Positions 27,482-37,203 of a DNA stretch of 64,000 bases are shown here, one piece after another. The notes under the pieces were generated by a model. That model had not been told where the DNA came from. It made no database searches and worked only from the letters and a program-made list of their open reading frames with translations. The stretch is from contig OZ257156.1 of NCBI GenBank assembly GCA_965279375.1, positions 4,800,001 to 4,864,000 on the forward strand, given 5' to 3'. Each line of letters starts with the position of its first letter. The first letter of the stretch is position 1. The stretch comes from Gemmatimonas sp. Lineage in GTDB: Bacteria > Gemmatimonadota > Gemmatimonadetes > Gemmatimonadales > Gemmatimonadaceae. The translations under genes were made by a program, and so were the position numbers.

Positions 27482-29665
27482 CTACCGCAGGCGCGTGCGC
27501 ACCGCCAAGTACACGCGTCGCGTGAGGCCGGGCTCGAAGTAGCGATTGCGCGTGGCGTTGACCACCACGCTGCTGGCGAAGTGGCGATCGAAGACGTTGT
27601 CGAGCCCGATCACCGGCTCGATCGCGATGCGCGACGTGGCGCGTGTTCCGGCAAAGCCCGCGCGGATGTTCCACGTGGCAAAGCCCGACGCAAAGACCGA
27701 GGCCGCGTCGTTGGCCGTTACACGCGACGCGGCCGTGGCCTCGACGGTGGCAAAGAGCCCGCGACGACGCAGCGTCGTCCACGCCTGAAGCTGATGTTCG
27801 GGTACGCCCGGAATGCGCTTGCCCGCGTAGCTCGTGGTGCCCACGACGTACTGATCGAAGCGGAAGCGCGACCAGGAATACGCACTGCCGAATTCGCCGA
27901 CCGGCAGCGCAATCTGCACGCTGCTCTCGACACCGGTGCGCGTGGTGCGGCCGGCATTCCGATAGGCTCGGCGCCCCGCCTGCCCCGGCACGTCGAACGG
28001 CACCAGCTCGTCCTGCACGCGTGCGCGAAAGCCGGCGAGTTCGAGCCTCACGTGACCACCCACGAAGGCATTGACGCCCGTCTCCACCGTGCGCGTCAGC
28101 TGCGGCGCGAGCGAACGATTGAGCCCTGCCGCGCCGTTGTCCTGATTCGTGAGCTCGGTGATGGTGGGCGTCTCGAAGGCCGTCGCGATGTTGGCATAGA
28201 ATGACAAGAGCGGACGCGCGCGCCAGACGATGCCGAACATCGGGCTCGTCGCGGAGAGCGTACGATCACCGGAGTCGTCGGCGTTCGTGCTGGTGATGAA
28301 GGCATCGCGCACGTGAAACGCGACGCGATCGGTGCGCAACGCGGCGCTCAGAAAGAGCTGATGCGGTGCCTCGACTTCGGCGCGGGCAAACGCACCAAGC
28401 CCGGACACCTCCTCGCGCTGATTGAGGCGATACGCACCGCGTTCGGCGCCTCGCGTGGGGCAGCGCGTCGTCACCGGCGCGGTGACCGCAACGTCGGCGC
28501 AGTTTTCGAAATTGACGCGATCGTCGCCCTGATTCTGCGCATCCGCACCAACCGTCAGCCGCAGTGGCCAGCTGTGCGACATGGTGCGAATGCCGGCGCG
28601 CAATGAGCCGCCGCGAACGCTGCGTTCCACACCGACAATCGCGAACGGAAGTGGATTGTCGAGCGAGCGTGTGCCGGCGAAGACGTTGGCCGAAAACTCG
28701 TGCACCGTGCCGCGGCGTGATACGAGGCTGCGCGACGCGAGCAGCGCGACCTGCGATTGCCGCACCGCCTTGCGCGAGTGCTTGGTGATGTTGAGCGAGT
28801 CGGGCAGCGACGGATCGCGCGACAGTTCGGCCGCCGTGAGCGCACCGGTGTTTTCGGCGCGCGGCGTGTCGTAGTGCGTGCCCTGCAGCTCGAGCTGTGT
28901 ACCGGCGACGGTCGCGAACGCGCGGGCGAACGCACTCGCCGCATCGAGTCGCGCCCAGGTGCGCGGCCCATCTCCATTGGTGCGCGTGAAAGAGGCGAGC
29001 CAACCGCCATCGCGCACGACCGAGCCGTCCCGCGGCACCGTGCCGGACGCGATGACCGAGGCGCGCTGCAATCCGCCTCCGCCCCAAAGGCGCGCGTCCA
29101 CCGTGCCGCGTCCAGCGACCGGCGTACGTGAACGAAAGTCCACCACGCCACCGGCCGCGTTGCCGTACAGCGCCGCCGCCGTGCCGCGGACGAGTTCGAT
29201 GCTGCCCACGCTTTCGAGGTCCAGCCAGTCGATAGGCGTCTGCCCGTCGGGGAGGCTGAGCGGAATGCCGTCGCGCATGACGCGCACGCCACGGACCCCG
29301 AAGGCCGATCGCGCGCCAAAACCGCGAATGGCGAGCCGCGGGTCCTGCGACGGATTGCCGCGATCCTGCACCTGCACGCCGGCCACCCCGAAAAGCAGCT
29401 CGCCGATGCCACTGCGCCGTTGCGCCGGCCGCGACGCATCCACGGTCAGACGCGCGGCGGCGAAGGGAAGTTCGAGCGCGCTGCGAGCGGCGTCACGCGT
29501 CACGCTGACGGAGAACGGCCGCAGCAGTGCGGCCGAATCGCGAGCGCTTTTCGTACGAGCGGAGTCGCTCGCCGCGGACTGGGCATGAAGTGGGTGCGCC
29601 GCGAGGGACAGCACGAGCATGGCGGCAGCGCGGAGCGCAAAGACTGAGGCAGGGGAATTGAGCAC
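27482..29665 (-). CDS. TonB-dependent receptor (YncD/PqqU-like)
   Basis: IRGFGARSAFGVRGVR..DGIP...PDGQ, ALYGNAAGGVV, FETPT, NAGRT.R.G, YFEPG. Confidence 0.88.
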   Translation of the reverse strand: MLNSPASVFALRAAAMLVLSLAAHPLHAQSAASDSARTKSARDSAALLRPFSVSVTRDAARSALELPFAAARLTVDASRPAQRRSGIGELLFGVAGVQVQDRGNPSQDPRLAIRGFGARSAFGVRGVRVMRDGIPLSLPDGQTPIDWLDLESVGSIELVRGTAAALYGNAAGGVVDFRSRTPVAGRGTVDARLWGGGGLQRASVIASGTVPRDGSVVRDGGWLASFTRTNGDGPRTWARLDAASAFARAFATVAGTQLELQGTHYDTPRAENTGALTAAELSRDPSLPDSLNITKHSRKAVRQSQVALLASRSLVSRRGTVHEFSANVFAGTRSLDNPLPFAIVGVERSVRGGSLRAGIRTMSHSWPLRLTVGADAQNQGDDRVNFENCADVAVTAPVTTRCPTRGAERGAYRLNQREEVSGLGAFARAEVEAPHQLFLSAALRTDRVAFHVRDAFITSTNADDSGDRTLSATSPMFGIVWRARPLLSFYANIATAFETPTITELTNQDNGAAGLNRSLAPQLTRTVETGVNAFVGGHVRLELAGFRARVQDELVPFDVPGQAGRRAYRNAGRTTRTGVESSVQIALPVGEFGSAYSWSRFRFDQYVVGTTSYAGKRIPGVPEHQLQAWTTLRRRGLFATVEATAASRVTANDAASVFASGFATWNIRAGFAGTRATSRIAIEPVIGLDNVFDRHFASSVVVNATRNRYFEPGLTRRVYLAVRTRLR

Positions 29666-29730
29666 GCTGCGAGATACGCAGCGGCGGCCTCACTCGCTAG
29701 GGCGAGTCTGCGTTGCAGCGCCCGAAGCGG

Positions 29731-30285
29731 CTACTCGTTCCCCGGGCGGCATACCGCTTGGCGTTCACTTCCGCTCTCGTCCCAGAGTTCGCCGGTCCGA
29801 TCGCAGATCAGGTTCGTGTCCTGATCGCGGATGGACATGAACCAATGCGAGGCGTCCGCGTTCGACGCGGTGACCCGCTGGCGCGGCGGCAAGGTGGCGC
29901 CGGACGCCTTGAGTTCCGGCCATGACGCAAAGCGATTGTTGATCATGCGAAAGCTGCGTTGCTGCGTGTGCATCCGGACAAATGTCGCGTCCATCACGAC
30001 TTTCGCGCGGTCTCGCTTGACGCTGTTGACCATCATGAAGATGGCCAGCCCACCGACCACGGTGAGAAACGCGATGATGCTGGTGAGCACGACGCGCTGA
30101 TCGCCGTCCGCCTTGGCCGCCGCACGGGCCACCATGCGCGCATCCCGCGGCACGCTGACCTCAGGCGCGCGCACCGGCTCTGGCGCTTGCACCGTGCGGC
30201 GCACGTGCGAGACGCGCACGCGTTCGGCGGCCCGCGCGCGTCGTGCGGCAATCGCCGCTTCGCTGGGGTTCGGTTGGTTCGTCAT
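29731..30285 (-). CDS. Single-TM hypothetical protein, pilin-like C-terminal region
   Basis: One TM helix (VVLTSIIAFLTVVGGLAIFMM) and a two-Cys C-terminal domain. Confidence 0.6.
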   Translation of the reverse strand: MTNQPNPSEAAIAARRARAAERVRVSHVRRTVQAPEPVRAPEVSVPRDARMVARAAAKADGDQRVVLTSIIAFLTVVGGLAIFMMVNSVKRDRAKVVMDATFVRMHTQQRSFRMINNRFASWPELKASGATLPPRQRVTASNADASHWFMSIRDQDTNLICDRTGELWDESGSERQAVCRPGNE

Positions 30286-30436
30286 TGGCAGCTCCCCGAA
30301 CAGACGAACCAGCGGCGGCGGCGCATCATCGCGCGCTCGTCGCGGCACGTCTCATCTCCGGCACGCCGTGTCACAACGCCTGCACGCGAAGCTCGGGCGC
30401 AGTACAACGCCAGTCCAGACCCGATATATTCGTCCC

Positions 30437-31864
30437 ATGTACTTACGTCAGTTCTACGACGACGGGCTCGCACAGGCGAGCTACATGATCGGCTGCCAGG
30501 CGACCGGCGATGCCATCGTCGTCGATCCGCTGCGCGACATCGCCCCGTATCTCGAGGCCGCGCGCGCCGAAGGTCTCCGCATCACGCACGTCACGGAGAC
30601 ACACATTCACGCGGACTTCGTGTCCGGCAGCCGTGAATTGGCCGCGCAGACGGGCGCGACGCTGTATCTCTCCGCCGAGGGCGGAACAGACTGGCAGTAC
30701 GCGTATGCGGCCGGTGATCACGCGGTGCTGGTGCACGACGGCGATCGCATCCAGGTTGGCAACATCCGCCTCGACGTGATGCACACGCCGGGACATACGC
30801 CGGAGCATCTGTCGTTCGTGGTGCACGACACTCCACGCGGCGTCGGTCCAATGGGCATCCTCACCGGCGATTTCGTCTTCGTCGGCGACGTGGGCCGCCC
30901 TGACTTGCTCGAACGCGCGGCGAAGGTGGCAAACACGATGGAGGCGAGCGCGCATACGCTCTTCCAGTCGCTGCGGCGCTTCCGCGAGTTGCCGGACTAT
31001 CTGCAAGTCTGGCCGGGGCACGGCGCCGGCTCCGCCTGCGGCAAGGCACTCGGCGCGATTCCCTCCAGCACCGTGGGCTACGAGAAGCGGGCGAACTGGG
31101 GCGTCGCGGAAACCGACGAAGCCGCGTTCGTTCAGGCGGTGCTCGACGGCCAGCCTGAGCCGCCCAGGTACTTCGCGCAGATGAAGCGGATCAATCGCGA
31201 GGGACCGGCGATTCTTGGCGGCCTGCCCACACCCGTCGAGCGGCCGGCGGCCAGCATAGAAGCGTTGGTCGCGGCGCGCGCCTGGATCCTCGACCTGCGC
31301 GCGGCGGATGCATTCGCAGCGGCGCACGTGCCGAGTTCGATTTCGTTGCCGACGTCGCGCAGCTTCTCGACGTGGGCCGGGTGGCTCGTTCCCTACGACG
31401 CGGACATCACGCTCCTCGTCTCCGGCGAGAACGCTGCCGTCACTGCAGCACACGCCGCGCGGGAACTGGCGATGATCGGACTCGATCGCGTCGTGGGCTA
31501 TCTCGACGCGGATGCGGCCGTCGCCGCGTGGCGCGAAAGCGGGCACGAGCCGAGCTCGATCACGCAGATCACCGCAACCGCGCTGGCGGCCGGACTGCAG
31601 GATGGCTCGCTGTCCGCGGTGGACGTGCGCGGGCAGAGCGAATGGGTAGCCGGCCATCTGCCGAACGTCGCCAACATTCCGGTGGGCTATCTCAGCGATC
31701 ACCTGCCGTCTTTGCCAGTGGGCCCGTTGGTGGTGCACTGCCAAGCGGGGGCGCGGTCAGCGATCGCGGCCAGCCTGCTGCACCGACTCGGCCGGACCGA
31801 CGTCCAGAACCTGGTGGGTGGCTATCTCGGCTGGACCGCCGCCTCGCTCCCCGTGCAGCGATAG
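30437..31864 (+). CDS. MBL-fold persulfide dioxygenase fused to rhodanese domains (CstB-like)
   Basis: ETHIHADFVSG, TPGHTPEH, GDVGRPDL, PGHGAGSACG, C-terminal rhodanese HCQAGARS. Confidence 0.9.
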   Translation: MYLRQFYDDGLAQASYMIGCQATGDAIVVDPLRDIAPYLEAARAEGLRITHVTETHIHADFVSGSRELAAQTGATLYLSAEGGTDWQYAYAAGDHAVLVHDGDRIQVGNIRLDVMHTPGHTPEHLSFVVHDTPRGVGPMGILTGDFVFVGDVGRPDLLERAAKVANTMEASAHTLFQSLRRFRELPDYLQVWPGHGAGSACGKALGAIPSSTVGYEKRANWGVAETDEAAFVQAVLDGQPEPPRYFAQMKRINREGPAILGGLPTPVERPAASIEALVAARAWILDLRAADAFAAAHVPSSISLPTSRSFSTWAGWLVPYDADITLLVSGENAAVTAAHAARELAMIGLDRVVGYLDADAAVAAWRESGHEPSSITQITATALAAGLQDGSLSAVDVRGQSEWVAGHLPNVANIPVGYLSDHLPSLPVGPLVVHCQAGARSAIAASLLHRLGRTDVQNLVGGYLGWTAASLPVQR

Positions 31865-31887
31865 CTGCCACGCGGCCGGAGTGGCCC

Positions 31888-32469
31888 TCAGGCGCCCGCT
31901 GGAGCCCAGAGCACGCGCTCACCCAGGGCATCGCCCACGATGCGGCGCTCGCGCGTTCCGCCGGCGCGGATGGCGTCGACGTACGACAGCAGTTCGTGCA
32001 TGCGAGGGTCACGCTGCGCGACGGCGGTGACGCCGTTGAACAGCGGAACGAGCGTCTCGCCACGTTCGGTGCCCGCCTCGCTGGCCCAGACCAGCGGCCG
32101 CATCACGATGCCGTCGGTGAAGAGCGAGGCGACCGCCGGATGCGCCCACGCCGTGGCGACGCCCTGTCGATCCGGGCCGTGCACCGCAGGGAACGCGTAG
32201 CGTACGCCGTGCAACAGGAACTCGCGCAGCGCGGGTCTCGCGATCGTGCGACTACCGGCCTTACAGAGTCCCGCCAACTGCAGCCGCGCGACCGAGCGGT
32301 GCACCGCGCTGGTGCTCGTGGCCAGCGCCTCGGCGAGCGGTTCATAGCGTTCTTCGGCAACCAGAAGTAAGCGAAGCGCAACGGCGACATCGAACGGGCG
32401 AAGCGAAGGTTGCGACGGCACAGACGGCGGGTCGGGGTGAGCGGGAGGCGGTGTTGAAACACTGAACAC
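31888..32469 (-). CDS. Hypothetical winged-HTH protein
   Basis: LRPFDVAVAL...YEPLAEALATSTSAVHRSVARL (HTH) and EFLLHGVRYAFP. Confidence 0.7.
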   Translation of the reverse strand: MFSVSTPPPAHPDPPSVPSQPSLRPFDVAVALRLLLVAEERYEPLAEALATSTSAVHRSVARLQLAGLCKAGSRTIARPALREFLLHGVRYAFPAVHGPDRQGVATAWAHPAVASLFTDGIVMRPLVWASEAGTERGETLVPLFNGVTAVAQRDPRMHELLSYVDAIRAGGTRERRIVGDALGERVLWAPAGA

Positions 32470-32529
32470 GATAGTTATGCGCCCAAAATGCGCGCCGGTC
32501 CAGTCATGAACTTACATCCAGATCGAGCG

Positions 32530-34104
32530 TCAGGCCGGGGAATCCAGTCGTTCGCGGATTCGCCGTGCCAGCGTGAGGTCGGTGAACGGCTTCTCCACCA
32601 GGGCCACTCCGCGATCGAGTGCGCCGTGCGGTGCGATGGCGTCCTCCGTGTAGCCGGACATGTACAACACGCGCAGCCCGGGGCGCTCCATGCCGAGCAG
32701 TTCGGCGACGCGGCGACCATTGGAGCGCGGAAGCACGACGTCGGTGAGCAGAAGATCGATCGGCGCGGCGTAGTCTTTGGCGAGCTGCATCGCCTGGTCG
32801 CCGTCGGCGGCGACGAGCACGGTGTAGCCGCGTCGTTCGAGCATGGCGCGTACGACCTCTCGCACAGCTGACTCGTCCTCCACGACGAGAATCGTCTCGC
32901 GACCGCCAAGCACTTCAGTACTCGGACGCGACGACGGTTCGTCGGGCGCCTCGGAGGAGACGGGGAGATACACCTTGAACGTGGTGCCCACGCCGACTTC
33001 GCTATAGACCCAGATGTGCCCACCCGTCTGCCGCACGATACCGTAGACGGTGCTCAAGCCAAGTCCGGTGCCGCCACTCTTGGTGGTGAAGAACGGCTCG
33101 AAGATGCGTTCACGTGTGGCTCGATCCATTCCGGCTCCCGTGTCCGAGACGACGAGGCACACATACGGACCGGCGCCGACATCGTGATGCCGCGCGACGT
33201 AGCTCTCCGTCAGAAGCGCGGTACCGCTCTCGATGGTGAGCGTGCCGCCGTCCGGCATCGCCTCGCTGGCGTTGACGACGAGGTTGAGCAGCACCTGCTC
33301 GAATTGCATCGGGTCGGCGTACACCGAGGGCAGCGGCTCCTGAAACACGGAGCGAATGTTGACGTTGGCGCTGATGATGCGGCGCATCAGACGCTCCATC
33401 TCGCGAATGAGCGCGTTCACGTCGATGTGGCGCGGTCGCATGATCTGCTTGCGACTGAAGGCGAGGAGCTGTCGTGTGAGCGCCGATGCGCGGTCGGACG
33501 CGGCCTTGATCTGCTGCACCTCTTCGTAGGCGCCCGTGCCGGGATCGAGCTCGGTGAGCAGCAGTTCGCTGAAGCCACCGATCGCCGTGAGCACATTGTT
33601 GAAGTCGTGCGCGACGCCGCCGGCGAGTCGACCAACCGCGTCCATCTTCTGCGCCTGAAAGAGCTGTTCTTCGAGCAGCCGCCGATCAGTGATATCGCGA
33701 TAGATGCTGATCCAGTGCGAATGCCGACCTGCATCGTCGACGATCGGCGAGACGTCCACTTCGGCCCAGAAGGCGCGCCCGTCACGCGCGTGGAGCAGCA
33801 ATTCGACGCGACTGGATTCCGGTGCAGCGCCCGCCTCACGCGCACGCAGGAGGGCGTCCCACGATGGATTGAGCCCCTCGAGCATCGGCAGCGCATGGCC
33901 GAGTACTTCTTCGCGTCGCCAGCCGGTCATGCGCTCGAATGCCCCGTTGACGAACGCGATGCGCGGTGGGTCGGACGCCGCATCGAGCGGCAGGCGAGAG
34001 ATGATGACCGCATCGTTCAATCGTGCAACACCGGCACGCAGCATTCGCAGTTCGGCGGCATCGCTCACGCCGTCATCCACGACGATGGGGTGCGCTATCG
34101 GCAT
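32530..34104 (-). CDS. Hybrid sensor histidine kinase (PAS-HisKA-HATPase-REC)
   Basis: AHDFNN, NLVVNA, DTGAG, FFTTK, GTGLGL; receiver LLTDVVLP...KPF. Start uncertain (34104 or 34227). Confidence 0.9.
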   Translation of the reverse strand: MPIAHPIVVDDGVSDAAELRMLRAGVARLNDAVIISRLPLDAASDPPRIAFVNGAFERMTGWRREEVLGHALPMLEGLNPSWDALLRAREAGAAPESSRVELLLHARDGRAFWAEVDVSPIVDDAGRHSHWISIYRDITDRRLLEEQLFQAQKMDAVGRLAGGVAHDFNNVLTAIGGFSELLLTELDPGTGAYEEVQQIKAASDRASALTRQLLAFSRKQIMRPRHIDVNALIREMERLMRRIISANVNIRSVFQEPLPSVYADPMQFEQVLLNLVVNASEAMPDGGTLTIESGTALLTESYVARHHDVGAGPYVCLVVSDTGAGMDRATRERIFEPFFTTKSGGTGLGLSTVYGIVRQTGGHIWVYSEVGVGTTFKVYLPVSSEAPDEPSSRPSTEVLGGRETILVVEDESAVREVVRAMLERRGYTVLVAADGDQAMQLAKDYAAPIDLLLTDVVLPRSNGRRVAELLGMERPGLRVLYMSGYTEDAIAPHGALDRGVALVEKPFTDLTLARRIRERLDSPA

Positions 34105-34370
34105 GTGCCCCTCGATGTCGAGGGAGTCGCGAGCTCGCGTCGCAGCGCAGTCGTACAACGTGGTCTCATTCAAACCGCCTCTGCAGTGCAGTGGCGCCGG
34201 CGTCGGCGTCATTGGAGACAACAGCATTAGCCGGGGTGCATTGAATCCCGGCCTGCAAGCAAGCTATACAGCGCAACAGCGCTGGCAAGATTGCTCTTGT
34301 CAGCGCCGTCGATCACTTCGTCCCGGCTCGATGCACTCAATCAGCGCTGAGGCACCGCGTCACGCCCCGA

Positions 34371-36377
34371 TCAGGGGACCACTCGACCCGATCCCCAGCT
34401 GTCGTTGCCGCGATCGATGTCGAGCAGGCGGTGTTCGGGGTCGAGCTCCACACGCACCAGCGTCTTGCCGGTGAACCGATACTCGCGCACGTAGTTGCGG
34501 CTGTTCGTGCTCCAGACCTCGGCCGGATAGACGTAGTCCTGCGTCGTCCCGTCGGAGAAGGTGAAGCGGGCGCGGATCGGCAACACGCCGCGTTCGCGGT
34601 TGCCGTACAGCACCGCCACCTTGGACGTGTCCCCTTGGGTCCGTACGACGACGGTATCGATGCTCTGATCGAAGCGCGCATTCTCCACGAACCACTCGCG
34701 CCAGAACCAGTCGAGGCGACGGCCGGCGGCATCCTCCATGGTGCGGAAGAAGTCCGTCGGGGTGGGATGCTTGTAGGCCCAGCGGGCGACGTATGTGCGA
34801 AACGCATCGTCGAACGCCTCGGGCCCGAGGATCTCCTGCCGCAGCAGCTGCAGTCCAACGCTCGGCTTCACGTAGGCAGCTTCGCCGAGCAGCGGGGGCG
34901 CGATGCGGTCCGGGTTGATGTTCACCGGCTTGTCCACGCCCTGCGCCATGTACTGCTCGATCAGACGGCGCTCTTCGGCGGCACGCGCCATCTGGTCGCC
35001 CTTCTCCGGGTAGCGACGTGCTTCCGAGAAGGTATTGATGAAGGTGTTGAATCCTTCGTCCTGCCACATGTACACGCGCTCGTTGCTGCCGACGATCATC
35101 GGGAACCACATGTGTCCGATTTCGTGCGTGACGACGTTGTACAGGTCGTACACATCCTCGCTCTTGTTCTCCATCGCGATCATCGGATACTCCATGCCGC
35201 TGATCGGTCCCTCCACGGCCGAGATGTGCGGCCACGGATACATGAACCAGCGCTCCGAGTATTCCATGATCGACATGCGCGACTGATCGGCCGCGTCGTG
35301 CCAGTTGACTGCGGCGCTCGGGCGATAGTAGGCGTAGGCCATGATCCCCTTCCAGCTCGACGCATCCCACTGAAAGTCGGGGGACGCAGCCCACACCGCG
35401 TCGCGCACGTTCTTCGCAACGAACTTCCACGTCAGCATACCCGTCTTGCGAGGGCGCGCCGCGCCGCTGGTGAGTTCGTCGGCGGTGATGAGTCGGACGA
35501 CCGTATCCGACTTGGCCGCCACCGCGTGGCGCTTGATCTGCGTCGGCGTCAGCACCTCGGCGGCGTTCTGCAACGCCCCGGTTGCCGCGACGATGTATCC
35601 CGCCGGCACGGTGATGGCGAGCGAGTAGTCGCCGTAGTCGAGATAGAATTCACCCTGGCCGAGATACGGCTCGATGTTCCAGCCACGCACGTCGTCGTAG
35701 ACCGCCGCGCGCGGGAACCACTGCGCGATCTCGAAGAGCGCGCCATCGTAGCCCATGCGATCTGCGCCGTGCTCAGGCACGAGGAACGTCCACGCGGCCT
35801 CGATCGTGGCGGTCTTGCCCGGCGCGAGCGGCTCGGCCAGATCGACCTTCATCATCGTTTCGTTGACGCGCTTGGCGAGCGGCGCGCGCTTCGCGGCCTT
35901 TCCAGCCGCCGCAGCGAACGTCTGATCGAGCCGCGTGAAGTTGTAGCCGCCCTCGAAGCCGCGGGCACCGAAGCGCGACTCTTCAGGGAAGATGTACGAG
36001 TTGAGCGACTTGCCGCGGAATGCGTTCTGCTCGACCTGCAGCCAGATGAAGCGCAGCGTGTCCGGCGAACGATTCGTGTAGCGCAGCGTCATCTCGCCCT
36101 TGATCGTCTTCGCCGCGGTGTCGAGCGTCGCGGCGAGCGTGTAGTCGGCGCGGTTCTGCCAGTAGCGCGAGCCCGGCGCGCCGCTGCCCGCACGCTGTTC
36201 GTTGGCCGTCGGCAGCGCCAGCGGAGCGAAGATGGACGTATCGCTGACCGAACGCGGACGCGGCGGCGTCACCTGAATCGGCGGATTGACCTGCTGCGCA
36301 CAAAGGGCGGTGGGAGCGCCGAGAACCGGCAGCGTCGCCACGGTGAGCAGGGCAAGACGGGTGAGCAATTGCGACAT
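34371..36377 (-). CDS. M1-family zinc metallopeptidase, secreted
   Basis: Signal peptide, GMEYP, HEIGHMWF...DEG. Confidence 0.9.
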   Translation of the reverse strand: MSQLLTRLALLTVATLPVLGAPTALCAQQVNPPIQVTPPRPRSVSDTSIFAPLALPTANEQRAGSGAPGSRYWQNRADYTLAATLDTAAKTIKGEMTLRYTNRSPDTLRFIWLQVEQNAFRGKSLNSYIFPEESRFGARGFEGGYNFTRLDQTFAAAAGKAAKRAPLAKRVNETMMKVDLAEPLAPGKTATIEAAWTFLVPEHGADRMGYDGALFEIAQWFPRAAVYDDVRGWNIEPYLGQGEFYLDYGDYSLAITVPAGYIVAATGALQNAAEVLTPTQIKRHAVAAKSDTVVRLITADELTSGAARPRKTGMLTWKFVAKNVRDAVWAASPDFQWDASSWKGIMAYAYYRPSAAVNWHDAADQSRMSIMEYSERWFMYPWPHISAVEGPISGMEYPMIAMENKSEDVYDLYNVVTHEIGHMWFPMIVGSNERVYMWQDEGFNTFINTFSEARRYPEKGDQMARAAEERRLIEQYMAQGVDKPVNINPDRIAPPLLGEAAYVKPSVGLQLLRQEILGPEAFDDAFRTYVARWAYKHPTPTDFFRTMEDAAGRRLDWFWREWFVENARFDQSIDTVVVRTQGDTSKVAVLYGNRERGVLPIRARFTFSDGTTQDYVYPAEVWSTNSRNYVREYRFTGKTLVRVELDPEHRLLDIDRGNDSWGSGRVVP

Positions 36378-36454
36378 GAAGGACACGCCTTGTGAGCAGG
36401 GAGAGTGGGTGCACCGCCGAAGTCTAAGGGACTCCCGGCGTGGATGGGCTGCGG

Positions 36455-37066
36455 CTACCCCTGCCCTTTCTCGGGCACGATCGTTTCACCCTTCGCCAAC
36501 ATCGTCACGAGCGTGGCAATCTTCCGGGCGCGGCCAGCCGGCGTCTTCATGTTGTTGGCGCGGAAGGCGAGCGCGAACAGGTTCATCTTGCCCAAGCGCA
36601 GGAACGTCGCCTTGGCACGGGGATTGGCCTCGATTGCCGCCCGCAGATCCTCCGGGATCGCTTCATGCGACGCCTCGCGAATGGGCGCGTAGGCCGCGTC
36701 CCAGCGACCGTCCGCCTTGGCCGCCTCCACCTGCCGATGCCCAGCGGCCTGCATGCGTCCCTCGGCGGTGAGCCGTGCGATGTGCTCACGGTTCACCTGA
36801 CTCCAGATGCTCTTGGCCCTTCGCGGCGTGAAGCGCTGCAGGAACGAGTCGGCGTCGTGCGACTTCTTCAACCCGTCGATCCACCCCCAACAGAGGGCCA
36901 CGTCGAGTGCCTCCGCGTACGTGATGCTGGCGCGCCCCGAACCCTTCTTGTGGATCTTGAGCCAGAGCTCGGTCTCGCGCTCATGATGCGCGGACAACCA
37001 CGATTCGAACTCGACAGCGGTCTCGAACGCACGGATTCTGGCTGGATCGGGGATGACCGGAGGCAT
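36455..37066 (-). CDS. YdeI/OmpD-associated family protein
   Basis: ALCWGWIDG, FTPRR..S.WS..N, ADGRW, PEDL. Confidence 0.88.
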   Translation of the reverse strand: MPPVIPDPARIRAFETAVEFESWLSAHHERETELWLKIHKKGSGRASITYAEALDVALCWGWIDGLKKSHDADSFLQRFTPRRAKSIWSQVNREHIARLTAEGRMQAAGHRQVEAAKADGRWDAAYAPIREASHEAIPEDLRAAIEANPRAKATFLRLGKMNLFALAFRANNMKTPAGRARKIATLVTMLAKGETIVPEKGQG

Positions 37067-37203
37067 GCGCGAGACGGGCGACGGTTGAGAGGGCGGGAGA
37101 CGTGACGAGCGCGGCCGGCGCGACATGCGTCGTGCGGGAGGAAGTTACGCCCCCAGCGGTGGAAGCGCTGGCGCCACGCCGCATGCGTCCTCAGCTTTCG
37201 CGG

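Noticed and set aside
29731..30285. Type IV pilin
   Set aside because: No G|FTLxE prepilin cleavage motif before the hydrophobic helix.
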